DNA of 64,000 nt, from NCBI RefSeq assembly GCF_006345805.1, contig NC_042999.1, forward strand, positions 1,488,001-1,552,000. The letters are read 5' to 3'. Positions within the stretch are counted from its first letter, which is position 1; each line of letters starts with the position of its first letter. Positions 26,940 to 40,664 of this stretch are shown piece after piece. The notes beneath the pieces were generated by a model that was given only the letters and a program-made list of their open reading frames with translations, was not told the DNA's origin and did not search any database. Position numbers and translations under genes: made by a program. The stretch comes from Octopus sinensis. Taxonomy: Eukaryota.

Positions 26940-28350
26940 TAGATCACTGCCTGGAATCGAATTCGGAATTATTTATTAATTGTGATTTTTTTCTCAACTT
27001 TTTGTGTTTGTTTTTTGTAGTGTGAGAATTTAATCTGTATTCATATTGTATTTGTCATTCGAGAAGCTTTTCTACTATAGATTTGGGGGGAGGGGGGGCA
27101 GTCGATTAGATCGACCCCAGAATGCAACTGGTACTTAATTTATTGACCCTCAAAGGATGAAAAGCAAAGTTGACCTCAGCAGAATTTGAACTCAGAACGT
27201 AAAGACAAATGAAATATCGCTAAGCATTTCGCCTGGTGTGCTAACATATATTTTCTACTCCAGGCACAAGGTTCAATATTTTTGGAGAGGGAGGGCCAGT
27301 CGATTAGATCAACCACAGTACACAACTGGTATTTAATTTATTGACCCCAAAAGGATAAAAGGCAAGGTCAACCTCGGTACAATTTGAACTCAGAACGCAA
27401 AGACAGATGAAATGCCACTAAGCATTTAACCCAGTGTGCTAACATTTCCTCCAGCTTGCCCCCTTCCATCCATGAGAATATTACAAAAATAATAAACTCA
27501 CAATGTTTACATCGATCTGTTACATAGAGTTGTTGGCAAGAAATCTATAAACTCCATTCCTTAATACAAATAGAACAGAATTGAAACAACACAATTACCA
27601 ATGCAGCAGTAATTGTAGTCTAATTCCATTTCCATTACCAGGTTAATATTAGAGAATATGATGGTTGGAGCCATTATACTTAATGTAGTGCTGGAGAAAA
27701 AAACTAAAATTAATTAGTAATATTTATGCAGTGAGATGAATAAAACATTAGTTTGATGACTAGTATTATTTTAATCTGATTTTAGCAATTAATTAATAAA
27801 TTTGATGCTTTTTCCTCTCCACATTAAGCCCAATAGCACTAGCTTGATTGCTGTTTTCCATACAGGTAACATTATAAAATAGTTTACCACCGCATGGAAC
27901 ATAGAATTTTCTCTAGAAATATCAGAGCAATATGCTGTGCTTGAGAAGACCTATGGAGTCAAGGAAAAGGCGGCAAGCTGGCAGAATAGTTAGCATGCTG
28001 GGCGAAACGCCTAGCAGTATTAATAATGATAATAATAATAATAATGATAACATGCTTAGCAATATTTCATTTGTCTTTATGTTCTGAGTTCAAATGCTGC
28101 TGAGGTCAACTTTGCCTTTCATCCTTTCAAGGTCAATAAATTAAGTACTAGTTGTATACTGGGTCGATCTAATTGACTGGCCCCTCCCATCAAATTTCAG
28201 GCCTTGTTCTTATAGTAGAAAATATTCATGAATGATAAGTACAATATGAATACAGATTAAATTTTCAAACTTCAAAAAACAAGGACAAAAGAAATTGAGA
28301 AAAAAAAATCCCAATTTATAAATAATTCCAAGTTTGATTCCAGGCAGTGA

Positions 28351-28388
<38 letters not shown>

Positions 28389-28396
28389 TAATAATG

Positions 28397-28454
<58 letters not shown>

Positions 28455-28506
28455 TAACATTGAAAAATACCTTAGGAATGAGACCCCAGGTTCGAAATAT
28501 CCCCAA

Positions 28507-28552
28507 GACACCCGATGAAGGCTGGAGGGTATATCAACCAAAACGTTGTGTT
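28507..28552 (+). ncRNA. Decayed HHR motif, family D
   Basis: GACAC-CCGATGA-A-GGCTG..CAACC-AAAAC-GTT-GTGTT. Confidence 0.5.
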
Positions 28553-29686
28553 AACAACAAACAAGATGAGGACAAATATCCGTCAAATGTAAATAATGTA
28601 CATAATTCCTCATCTCTTAAATATAGAACTGTAATTTTCACTACTTTTTTTGATCATTCGTTAGTACCCCTACAAATCATTGGTACTGTAATTGCCTTGA
28701 AAAACCACATGTTTTTATCTTTCAATGAGCTGGTCTTTTTATTTTCTGATCTTGTCAAATTCTTTTTGCACAATATTATGATCACAAGGTATTGGTAAGC
28801 TGGCAGAATCACTAGCATGCCGGGCGAAATTCTTAGTGGCCTTTCATCTGCCTTGATGTTCTGAGTTCAAATCCAACTGAGGTTGATTTTTGCGTTTCAT
28901 CCTTTCGGCGTCGATAAATTGAGTACCAGTTGCATACTGGGATTGATGTAATCAGCCGATCCCCCACTGACCAAATTTCAGGCCTTGTGCCTTTAGTAGA
29001 AAGGATTATTTGAATGGATCTACTTTGAATATGCTTTTCTAAGCAGGAGGAAAGAAACTGGAAGAGGGAACTTTCCCATGCCTTGGAGATGGCAGAGTAA
29101 CTCTGGATTTTCGTCTGAGGTTTACCCCCAAATTACCCTAAGTGGACTGCCCTGCTATAAGGGATTCTATTTATTTGTTTATTTATTATTTATTTCTCTA
29201 CTTTCTATTATATATCCTCTTTTATGTACTTTAATGTGGTAGTATATCCCCTTGATTGATGTTAGCCCCACGTTTTTGTAATTCTTTTTTTTTAGTGTGC
29301 TGTAACTCATCGTTTGATATTGCCCCCTATGTCTTGGACCCTTGCGGCCAATAAAAGAAATCATTATTGCCATCATCATTGTCATCATCAACATTGTCAT
29401 CATCATCATCATCGTTGCTGTCATCATCATCATTGTCATTGTCGTCATCATCATTATCATCTTCATCATCGTCATCATCATCAACATCATCATTGTCATT
29501 GCCATCATCATCATGATCATCGGGGTCATCATTGTCATCACCATCATCCTCATTGTCATCGTCATCATCATCATCATCATCATCATCAACATAATCATCA
29601 TTATCAGGAGGGGTTTAGCCTATCATCGACCATCCCCGATGCTAAACAACTTGCTAAACACCACAGGAGTTCAAGACAAACATTCC

Positions 29687-29760
<74 letters not shown>

Positions 29761-29950
29761 TATACATATATATATATAATACATATATATATTATATATA
29801 TATATATATTATATATATATATATATATACATATATATACATATATATACATATATATACATATATATGCTTTCAAAATGTGACCTCATGTGTACCGTTG
29901 GCGATTGTTTTTCCTCTGTCTTCCCTTCTCTGGATCTTTCCTTCTCCTAT

Positions 29951-29985
29951 GTTTCTGACAAAGAGCTCCGCTCGAAACGTTAAAC
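29951..29985 (+). ncRNA. Minimal HHR motif related to family E (G8 to A)
   Basis: GTTT-CTGACAA-A-GAGC(TCC)GCTC-GAAAC-GTT-AAAC. Confidence 0.5.
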
Positions 29986-30077
29986 CCTCCTTCTTCCCTT
30001 CCTTCCTGAGCGTCCAATAATACTATATTTGTTCCACGTCCTCGCGTTGTGTTTTTTGTGCTTTCTTGTTTGGATTA

Positions 30078-30119
<42 letters not shown>

Positions 30120-30523
30120 TATGTCCAGACTATAAAATATAGTCTAACTCATGCCAGCAGGGAAACACGGATGTTAAATAATGAAAGTACATTCATTCCT
30201 TCATTCCTTTAATTTCCAGGCTTTGCTAGTCGTGATTGATTTATATCTTCTGCATATTCCACATATTTATTTTTAAGCTACAAAGGGTCATCTGATATGC
30301 CAACATATAAGATATTTCCAACGCTCCACCAATTCTGCTCTATAGCTAATGTAATATTACTTATTAGAGACCCTCCATTTCTATGATAACCTTCATTGAT
30401 TCGTATTATTCTCCTAATGGGAATATCTCTGTGCAAATATGAAGTACATATTGATATTTCTAGATTCTTCTTCTTCTTCTTGTTCCTGTTGCAATCCTCC
30501 AGATGATTATGTTGAACGATAAA

Positions 30524-30554
<31 letters not shown>

Positions 30555-31218
30555 GTATCTTTTTGTTTTGTTTTTAGAGAGGAGAATGTCGGTGTGTGTA
30601 ACGGCAAAAGTTAACAGTGCACAAACTGGTAGTGAGGATGGCTAAGGATGATGATGATGATGCTCACAAGAAAAATAATAGAAATAATTACAAAAACAAC
30701 AACAATAATAATAGTGATAATAAAAATATTAATGACAATATTGATGATGATGATGATACTCATGAGCAAATAGTAGTAGTAGTAGTGGTGGTGGTGGTGG
30801 TGGTGGTGGTGTGGTTTGGTGGTAGTAGTAGTAGTAGAGTAGTATAGTACTAGTATAATAATAACAATGACAATATTGATGATGATGATGCTATGAGCAT
30901 AATAATAATAATAAGAAGAATGATAATAATAACAACAATAATAATAATAATTAGGATGATGATGATAATGATGACGATGATGATGATGACGATGATGATA
31001 TTAATAATAAGAAAGGGACAGTAACAAGAATCAGTAAATGATAAGAAGGAAAATGATAATAATTATAATAATGATGATGGTGATGATGATGATGATGATG
31101 ATGGTAGTAGTAATGATGATGATGATGTTGATGGTGATGATGATGACGATAAATACAATGATAGAAATAACAACAAATGATAATAAAAGTAACAATGATG
31201 ATAATAAAAATGATGATA

Positions 31219-31259
<41 letters not shown>

Positions 31260-31712
31260 AACACAAATTCATATCAGCAAAAAAAAAACACAAAACAAAA
31301 AAAGGTGCTTTTATTTACATAGATGTTTTATGTGTTTATCTCCTTAAAATTACTAAATTTACAATGTAACATAGCAATCACATTTCGGAGGAATATATTC
31401 TATATGCAGAATCCCAACGGATACCTTGCTCACTCTGTCTCCTTCTCTCTCTCTCCATCTCTTTCTCTCTTTCTCTCTCTCTCTCTCTTTCCCTATTTCT
31501 TTCTCTCTTTTCTATTCATATATTTCTCTGCTACTCTCCTGTTGCTTAACTGATCATTTTCTTTTCAATTTTAATAACAGAACCTGATTTACATTTTAAC
31601 ATGATCTTTCGAATGTGTTTTGCCATCTTGGAATATTATTTCTCCAAATTTAACACCTACAATTTCGAATGCAATCTAATACTGGAGAAAAAAAAGAAAA
31701 GATCTATACCCT

Positions 31713-31751
<39 letters not shown>

Positions 31752-31902
31752 ACTCTCTTTCTTCTTATTGAGACATGCAATGTAATGTATGCACAAATGA
31801 ATACAGACCAAACTGTACATAAATAAATATATACATACAAACACACACACACAGACATATATATATCATACATACATATATATATGTATATATATGTATA
31901 TA

Positions 31903-31937
<35 letters not shown>

Positions 31938-31948
31938 GTATATGTATA

Positions 31949-31992
<44 letters not shown>

Positions 31993-33164
31993 GTATGTAT
32001 ATATATATATGTATATATGTATATGTATATCCATGCTAGCATGGAAAGCAGACATTAAACGGTAATGATGATGATGATATATATTCATATATATATATAT
32101 ACACACATATACATACATATATATTTATATATATATATATTTACACATACACATTTACTCACCCAAATGTATACATACACATACATATCATATGCATATA
32201 CATATGCATACATGCATGTGTGTGTGTGAATGCATGTATATGCTTAGATCAGTGAATTTTCAGGCTTATGCATGTATTCAAGTTTGGATTGTTATTATAC
32301 AGAAATAGATATTCCATTAAAAAAAATAAATGCTAATTATTAAGGTAATGAGCTGGTAGAATCATTAGTACACCAGACTAAATGCTTAGTAGCGCTTCAT
32401 CTATCTTTAACCCTTCAAACCCTATGAGCCCATCCTGATATGACCGCCACTCTGAGGTTACAGTGAAAATTTGCAAAAATTTCAGTAAGGATTTATTTTT
32501 ATTCATGTAGGCACAGGAGTGGCTGTGTGGTAAAAAGCTTGCTTCCCAACCACATGGTTCCAGGTTCAGTCCCACTGTGTGGCACCTTGGACAAGTGACT
32601 TCTATTATTATTGCCTTTGCACAGCTTCTATCTCTGGAGATGTACTACTGTATTTACATTCTGAATTTAAATTCCACCAAGGTCGACTTTGCCTTTAATC
32701 CTTTCGGGGGTTGATAAATTAAGTACCTTGAAAAACTGGGGTCAATGTAATTGACTAGTCTCCTTCACCAAAATTTCAGGCCTTGTGCCTATAGTAGAAA
32801 GGATTATTATTATTATTATTGTTATTAAGGTGGTGAGCTGGCAGAATTGTTAGTGTGCTGGACAAAATGCTTAGCAGTATTTCGCCCGTCACTACATTCT
32901 GAGTTCAAATTCCACTGAGGTTGACTTTGCCTTTCATCTTTTCAGGGTCAATAAAATAAGTACCAGTTGAACACTGGGGTCGATGTAATTGACTCATCCC
33001 CTCCCCCAAAAGGGCTGCCCTTGTGGAAAAATTTGAAACTATTGTTATTATTATTATTATTATTATCATTATTATGTTTGACTTTTGCTTTACATTTGTA
33101 CAAGTTGGCTCCAAGTCTCACCCAGAGACCTCAAGAGACAACAAGTTGGAAGTTCGTGCTATTA

Positions 33165-34185
33165 TTATTATTATTATCATTCATGTTGTCTTATTTTTAC
33201 CATGTGCTTTCAGTGCACTACCAAGCACAGCTCTATGTGCCTTGGGTATGTGTTGTAGTTTGTAGTGATGTTCTTATTTTCACTGTATACAAAATGCTCT
33301 ATGTAGGATGTGTGCAGAGCCTAGTAGTGCTATTTTCGGTATGGTGTTTTTGTTATGTATTTGTCTGAATGTTTTTAATCATACCTAATGCACCTACTAT
33401 GATAGGAATTGTTTCTGTTTTTAGGCTCCACATTCAGGTTATTTCTAATTTCAGATCTTGGTACTTTGAGAGTTTCTCCATTTCTTTTAGAGATAAATTG
33501 TTATTTGTTGAGTTTAGAAGGCAATTTTTGTTTCTTGATGATCTCTGACAACAATATCTGGCCTATTATCCTTGATCTCTATCTGAGTGTATTGGCAAAG
33601 CCCAGAGTATAATTGCTTTGTTACTTTTTGAGACCTTTTCTGGGATACACCTATACCATCTTTTTTCTGTTGTCATTGCATAGTGTTGGCATAGCTTCCA
33701 GTGTATATAGGCCCCAACTTTGTCATGTCTGCAGGTTTATTTATTCTTAACCAGAAACGGGTAACCAGAGACAATATAATTTATTGTTTCTTCTCTGTCA
33801 CCACATATTCTGCAGTTATCTATTGTATTTTTCTCCATTGTGTATATGCTTGTGTGTCTGTGTTTGTCCCCCCCCCCAACATCGCTCAACAACCAATGCT
33901 GGTGTGTTTACGTCCCCGTATTGGCAAAAGAGACCAATAGAATAAGGCTTACAAAGGATAAGTCCTGGGGTCGATTTACTCGACTAAAGGCAGTGCTCCA
34001 GTATGGTCGCAGTCAAATGGCTGAAACAAGTAAAAGAATAAAAGAATATTATGTGCTTCTTGTGGTTTCTGATGAGGAGGCTTTGATCTTGTGCCACAAT
34101 TAAAAGTCTTTCAGTCTCTGCTTTGAGTCCTGAACTTCTCAACCATTGTTGAGATTTTATTTTGTTTATTGCTTCTCTGTTTAAT
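33165..34185 (-). mobile_element. R4/Dong-clade non-LTR retrotransposon 3' relic (CCHC knuckle plus restriction-like endonuclease)
   Basis: KSQQWLRSSGLKAETERLLIVAQDQSL; CRICGDREETINYIVSGYP..RHDKVGAYIHWKLC; RPDIVVRD; EKLSKYQDL..MWSLKTETIPIIVGALG; KIALLGSAHILHRAF. Ends in (TAA)n. Interrupted by a SINE tail at about 33845-34050. Confidence 0.85.
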
Positions 34186-34193
34186 CCTTTCGA

Positions 34194-34525
34194 GTGAGGG
34201 CGCATGGCTTAGTGGTTAGGGCATTCGGCTCATGATCGTAAGGTTGTGAGTTCGATTCCCGGCGACGCGTTGTGTCCTTGAGCAAGACACTTTATTTCAC
34301 GTTGCTCCAGTCCACTCAGCTGGCAAACATGAGTTGTACTTGTATTTCAAAGGGTCAGCCTTGTCACTCTTTGTGTCACGCTGATTATCCCCGAGAACTA
34401 CGTTAAGGGTACACGTGTCTGTGGAATGCTCAGCCATTTGCACGTTAATTTCACGAGCAAGCTGTTCCGTTGATCGTATCAGCTGGGACCCTCGTCGTCG
34501 TAACCGGCGGAGTCTTTAAAAAAAA
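34194..34525 (+). mobile_element. SINE family F (head GGCGCATGGCTTAGTGGTTAG..GAGTTCGATTCC). Related copies at 3040-3410 (minus) and 6728-6970
   Basis: A and B boxes present. 11-bp TSD AATCCTTTCGA at 34183-93 and 34526-36. Confidence 0.9.
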
Positions 34526-35237
34526 AATCCTTTCGATACCAACCTGGCTGAAACCACCTCTGGCTCTGTAGTACAAATGTCTTATTTTCATAAGTTTCGA
34601 ATCAAAATCTTTCACCAAACCTTAGCCACAATTTATGTTCCTAACACTAGCTTAATGATAACTACATAATTTTACAAAACTCTTTCTTATATTTAAAATT
34701 AATTAAAAGACACACAGAGCATCTCAAAATAAATATGGTAATAAAATGTTTAAAGTCACCATGATATTTTAGCCCTTTTGATATGAACCCAGCTTAAACC
34801 ACCTCTGGCTCTGAGGACACATGTCTTGTTTTCATAAGTCTTGAATCAAAATCTTTCACCAAACCTTAGCCACAATTTATGTTTCCTAACACTAGCTTAA
34901 TGGTAACTAAGTTATTTTACTAAATTTTTTGTTATATTTAAAATTAATTGAAAGAAACACAGAGCATCTCAATAGAAATATGGTAACAAAAGGATTAAAG
35001 TCACCATGATATTTTTAACCCTTTCGATAACAACCCTGCTGAAACCAGCTCTGGCTCTGAGTACAAATGTCTCATTTCAAAAGTTTTGAATTAAAATCTT
35101 CCAGCAAACTTTATTCACAATTTATGTTCCTAACACTAGTTTAATGATAACTAAGTTATTTTACAAAATTCTTTGTTATATTTAAAATCAATCGAAAGAA
35201 ACACAGAGCATCTCAAAATAAATAATGAAAGGGTTAA
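34526..35237. mobile_element. Three tandem copies of an about 230-bp piggyBac-type MITE
   Basis: Each copy starts TTAACCCTTTCG-like and ends AAAGGGTTAA-like. Copies are separated by the same AGTCACCATGATATTT spacer. Confidence 0.7.
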
Positions 35238-35258
35238 CTCAACTCAGTGTTTGCCATC

Positions 35259-35302
<44 letters not shown>

Positions 35303-35353
35303 TAATAATAATAATAATGATATTGAACTTATTGTGTACAGTGTCAGACTCAC

Positions 35354-35431
35354 TACAACACAGCAGAAAAGGTTAAAAAATGGGGCAAAAAGCAACCATG
35401 TTGGCCAAGTAATGAAAGACAGCAATAAAAC
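35354..35431 (-). CDS. Candidate 78-nt exon, hydrophobic in phase 0 (VLLLSFITWPTWLLFAPFFNLFCCVV)
   Basis: Acceptor gtttgttatttctag| and donor |GTGAGT. Two frames are open, so the frame is ambiguous. Confidence 0.35.
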
Positions 35432-36629
35432 CTAGAAATAACAAACATATTACACAGAATAAAACACGAAAAGACAGAAAAGGGAACAATAAAAGGGCCA
35501 TAAAAAGGAAAGGGTGCCAAGACACTTTGAGAGTAAGGCTGACCAATTTTTGGAAGCCTAGAATTTTTTAATGGTACTATGTCCTGACAGCCACTAACCA
35601 GATTTGTTATTTATGCTATACTTTGACTATTTGTCTTTCAATTTAAAATAAATTGGCCATTTTGTTGAGGTTTCTGTGTATAATGATAGACGTAAGGACG
35701 GCTTATTATTATTTAAGCAGCCATATCTGAAATAGCGCTTTGTCCTGGTTAGCAATAGACAAATACTTTAATATTCCCTCGAGAATTTGATGTGCTACAA
35801 GCTAATAAACGAAGGTCATTATCATCTTTATTGTTGTGTTTATTGCTGTTAGTTTTCCTGTTGCTGTTTATGCTTTTGTTGTTGTTGTTGTTGTTGTTGG
35901 TTAGGTTTTGTCCTTCTGCTCAAACTCCTCCATCTTTCGTTTCTTTGCTTAAATAACTGAGTGGGAAAAGTCAAACTTCAACATCTCATTAACGGCAATA
36001 AAATGTAATCAAATATTATTTCCACTGTCGTTATCGTCATCGTTATTGCCGTTGCTGTCAGCACCATCATTATCACCATCACCACCACCATCGTCATTAT
36101 CACCACTACCATCATCATCGTTGTTATCACCATCACAGTCATCATTTGTCACCACCACCACCACCATCACACCACCACCACCACCACCACCACCACCACC
36201 ACCACCACCACCACCATCACCACAATCACCACCACCACCACCATCACCACAATCACCACCACCGCCACCATCACTACCACCACCATCACCACCACCATCG
36301 TCATTATCACCATCATCATCATCATCATCACCACCACCACTGCCACCATCACTACCACCACCATCACCACCACCATCGTCATTATCACCATCATCACCAT
36401 CATCATCACCACCACCACCGCCACCATCACTACCACCACCATCACCACCACCATCGTCATTATCACCATCATCATCATCATTACCATCATCATTTTCCAC
36501 TACCATCATCATCATTCTTTAATTGGAAACAAAGACTATGATACTGAAACTTACGCTGTTATTAAAGAATATATCTTATAAACATCTGTCAGAGAAGATA
36601 AAATATACCATAAAGACAAGGACTCAATG

Positions 36630-37165
36630 CACAACTCTGGTCAAGATCTGAGATCTGACGCACCACCAAAGTACGGATCTACAAGCACTAGTGCGAACGA
36701 TTCTCCTTTACAGCAGTGCGTCATGGCTGATAAGGGTGGAAGATAGTAAGCAACTAGAATCTTTCGATCACCTCTGTCTACGCCACATCCTTCAGTGCGA
36801 CACCAGTGCAAAGTCACCTCCCTCCGACAAGTCATCCTAACGAGACGTCTGCGTTGGCTGGATCATGCCCTCCGTCATCATCAAGGAGAATTCATCTACA
36901 AAGCAATTGCCCCAGCACCCCTTCAGGGTTGGCGAAAGCAATGTGGTGGACAATGAAAAACCTGGCTGATGACAGTCAAGGCTGATCTGGAACCCAACCT
37001 ACGACCCCATGTCTACGGTGTTTGCCACTGGAATAAGGAGTGGTTGGAGATCACGCGGTTGTTAGCTTCAAATCGCCAGGCCTGGTCGGTGTTTGTGAAA
37101 GATGCAGCATTGAGGATGAATGAAGCCAGCTCAACCCACCCCGGGTGAATGCTGTCTCAAGCAAG
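36630..37165 (+). mobile_element. RTE-clade LINE 3' relic
   Basis: TKVRIYK..VRTILLYSS.SW; RRLRWLDHALR; ASNRQAWSVFVKDA. Tail is (CAAG)n. Confidence 0.8.
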
Positions 37166-39675
37166 CAAGCATACATAGAGAGCATTAGCTAGAAACCCAT
37201 TGATCTAATCTCTAGTGGTAGAGTATAATACTGCAACAAAACACTGGTATTGTCCCAGTAATTCGTTAATTAAAAAAGCTGAACAAGGATGCAATCAACA
37301 TTATCATCATCATCATTGTCGTTGTTGTCGTCATCATCGTCATTATCAGTTCAATGCTTGCTTTTCCGTACTTGCATGGACCAGATGTAATTTGCATGAG
37401 GTAGATTTTATGTGGTCGGATGCCTTTCCTGTTGCCAACCCTCAACTGTCTCCAAAGAAGGTAATTTTTTTTCCCGTGGCTAGAAATGTTCCCAAGGAAG
37501 ATTGAACATGAGCATCATGTATTACATGATGCTTGTTTGTAGCTATCACATGACGTCACACAAAGGAGACCAAAACACACACATATTCCTATATACAATA
37601 CATACACATGCCGGTGGCACGTAAAAAGCATCATTCGAGAATGATTGTAACCAGTGTCGCCTTACTGGCACTTGTGCTGGTGGCACGTGAAAAAATATTC
37701 AAGCGAGGTCATTGCCAGTGCCACTGAACTGGCTCCTGTGCAGGTGGCACATAAAAAACACCATTTGAGCATGGCCATTGCCAGTGCCATCTGACTGGCC
37801 CTTGTGCTGGTGGCACATAAAATTACCCACTGCACTCTCCACTCTCGGAGTGGTTGGTGTTTGGAAGGGCATCCAGCTGTAGAAACTCTGCTAGATCAGA
37901 TTGGAGCCTGGTGCAGCCATCTGGTTCACCAGTCCTCAGTCAAATCATCCAACTCATGCTAGCACGGAAAAACGGACGTTAAACGATGATGATGGGCCTC
38001 TATCACTTTCCGTCTATCATATTCACTAACAAGGCCTTAGTCAACCTGGGACTGTCGTAGTAGGTACTTGTCTAATGTGCCATGCAGTGGAACTGAACCC
38101 AAGACCACATAGATGAGAAATGAAGTTCTTAACCTCACAGCCTTGCTTGCATCTTTTGATGAATGGCAAAAGGCAAATGGAATTCTAAATGACTGGTTTT
38201 GTGATGAAATATATCGTTGCTATAATGTTAAACTGCTATATGTCCAAATTTGGCCAAAAGCATGTTTTACAATATTTATTTTTGCTGGCAATAGCCAGTT
38301 CTTTTGTCCAAACTATCATATCTCCTGCTTCAGACGCCAAGATATCAAAAATTGTCAAAGTCTAAAACAGGTGGCGAGCTGGCAGAATCGTTAGCAAGCC
38401 GAGCAAAATGCTTATTGGTATTTCGTCTGCCGTTATATTCTGAGTTCAAATTCCACTGAGGTCAACTTTGCCTTTCATCCTTTCAGGGCCGATAAATTAA
38501 GTACCAGTTACTCACTGGGGTCGATGTAATCGACTTAATCCATTTGTCTGTCCTTGTTTGTCCTCTCTATGTTTAGCCCCTTGTGGGCAATAAAGAAACA
38601 AGAAACTGAAAGCCTGTTGCATGCGTGTGTGTGAAGAAGCATATTCTCAAGACTCAAAGTTAGTTCAAACTAAGTTGATCTCATTACAAAGTAAATAAGA
38701 AACACCTTTGATTCAGAGTTTGTCAAATGGTTTTGATGTGTTTTTTTTGTTTGTTATTTTGTGGGTGGATTTATTTGAATAATATTCTTTCATGTAATCA
38801 GTTCTAGCAATAATTTAATATATATTGGATAGTTTAGATTTAGTGTTGTCAGTTATGTGAAAAACTTACTTAGAAATATGTTTCTATTGCGTCTTGTTTA
38901 CGATTCTTTTCATCAGGTTTTTGTAAAAACCAATGATATATTTCAGATTTATGAAATTCATTTAAATGTAAAAGAAAAAAAGTAATAATACACACACAAA
39001 TAAAAATAAATATAAAACAAAAAGAAATGTAAATAAACTTAATATGTATTTTAAATTGTTGAAATAAAATATATCACCATACAAATGAAATTATTTACCT
39101 AATGGTGATTTATCTGAAAATAAATTTGTTGCGTAAACTGAATAAAGTCGTTTTTACCAAGCGAAATCATCTTCAGATATTAATGTTATGAAAAGCAAGT
39201 GCATTCCAGACAGAAGCGAGTGATAAAGCTCAATACTAAAGTAACGAAGTTTTATAATTTTCTTTTTTGTTTTAATTTAAATTTCCTCCCTCTCTACTTT
39301 AATTTCATATCCTGTTTGGGAAACAGATCTATGTTGTTTCTTTCTATACCAATAAAATAAATTGCTGAACATACAATAAAGTTGATTCAGGTTTTCTTTA
39401 TCTCTCTTTATCAGATTTATGATTTTGCTCAAATCTTTGGAAATTTTAACCCTTTAAGTTCTGACCTCTCCTCGGAGCTATGTGATTCTGTACCTGGGCT
39501 CCTGAGCCATTTGTGCTTCGCTGAGACAGAGATTAGAAGCAAGGGTGTCATAATATATACATATATACACACACACACACACACAGACACACACACATAT
39601 ATATATGTAAGTATTTTTGTATATGTGTGTATATATATATATAGATATGTACATATTATATATATATGTATTAGC

Positions 39676-39712
39676 TTTACATTTTGAGCCTATGCTCTTC
39701 AACAGAAAGGAA
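39676..39712 (-). ncRNA. Decayed family E HHR motif
   Basis: Reverse complement reads CCTTT-CTGTTGA-A-GAGC(ATAG)GCTC-AAAAT-GTA-AAG. Confidence 0.45.
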
Positions 39713-39848
39713 CACAGAAATAAACAGGGAGAGAGAGAAACGACAATAGGAAAAAGTAGAAAGTACAAAAAAGTTTAGAAAGTCCAAAAGGTTCAAACGT
39801 TGTGGTATATTGGAACAATTTTTCTTTAAAGGAAGAGTGCAGTGTATT

Positions 39849-39903
<55 letters not shown>

Positions 39904-39910
39904 TATGTAC

Positions 39911-40010
<100 letters not shown>

Positions 40011-40632
40011 TATATATACGTTCAGCTTGTTCGATTAATGAGTTACCGAGACAATACCAGTGGTTAGCTGAAACAGATTGAGCTCAGCCCTTACTGTTTA
40101 ATACATCATCATCATCATCATCATCATTATACCTGTGCCGGTGGCATGTAAAAGGCACCATCCCAACGTGGTCAAAGCCAGGTCTGCCTCACTGACTCCT
40201 GTACCAGTGGCACAAAGCACCATCAGAATGTGGTCGATTCCAGGTCTGCCTGACTGGCTCCCATGCTGCAGGCATGTAAAAAGTACCATCTGAATGTGGC
40301 CGATACCAGTACCCACTGACTGGCTCCTGTGCCAGTGGCACATAAAAAGCTCTATTCGAAATTGATTAGTGTCAGGCCTGCTTGACTGGCTTGTGTGCCA
40401 GTGACACGTAAAAAGCACCCACTACACTCGTGGAGTGGTTGGCATTAGGAAGGGCATATATATATATATATACACGCAAAATAAGCAACAAGAATGACTC
40501 CAGTAATTTGGTACAATTGTTTCGCACTACATCATTTTATTAAAAGTTGTATTTTATGGATAAGACCATACAAAATTCTGGTGCATCTAAATTAAGTACC
40601 ATATTCATTTGAATCTAAATTGTTGCTGAACT

Positions 40633-40664
<32 letters not shown>

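Noticed and set aside
27500-27690. Minus-strand exon with a strong acceptor (27690) and donor (27500)
   Set aside because: All three frames contain stops between the two sites. Only a shorter exon using a weak internal donor is possible.
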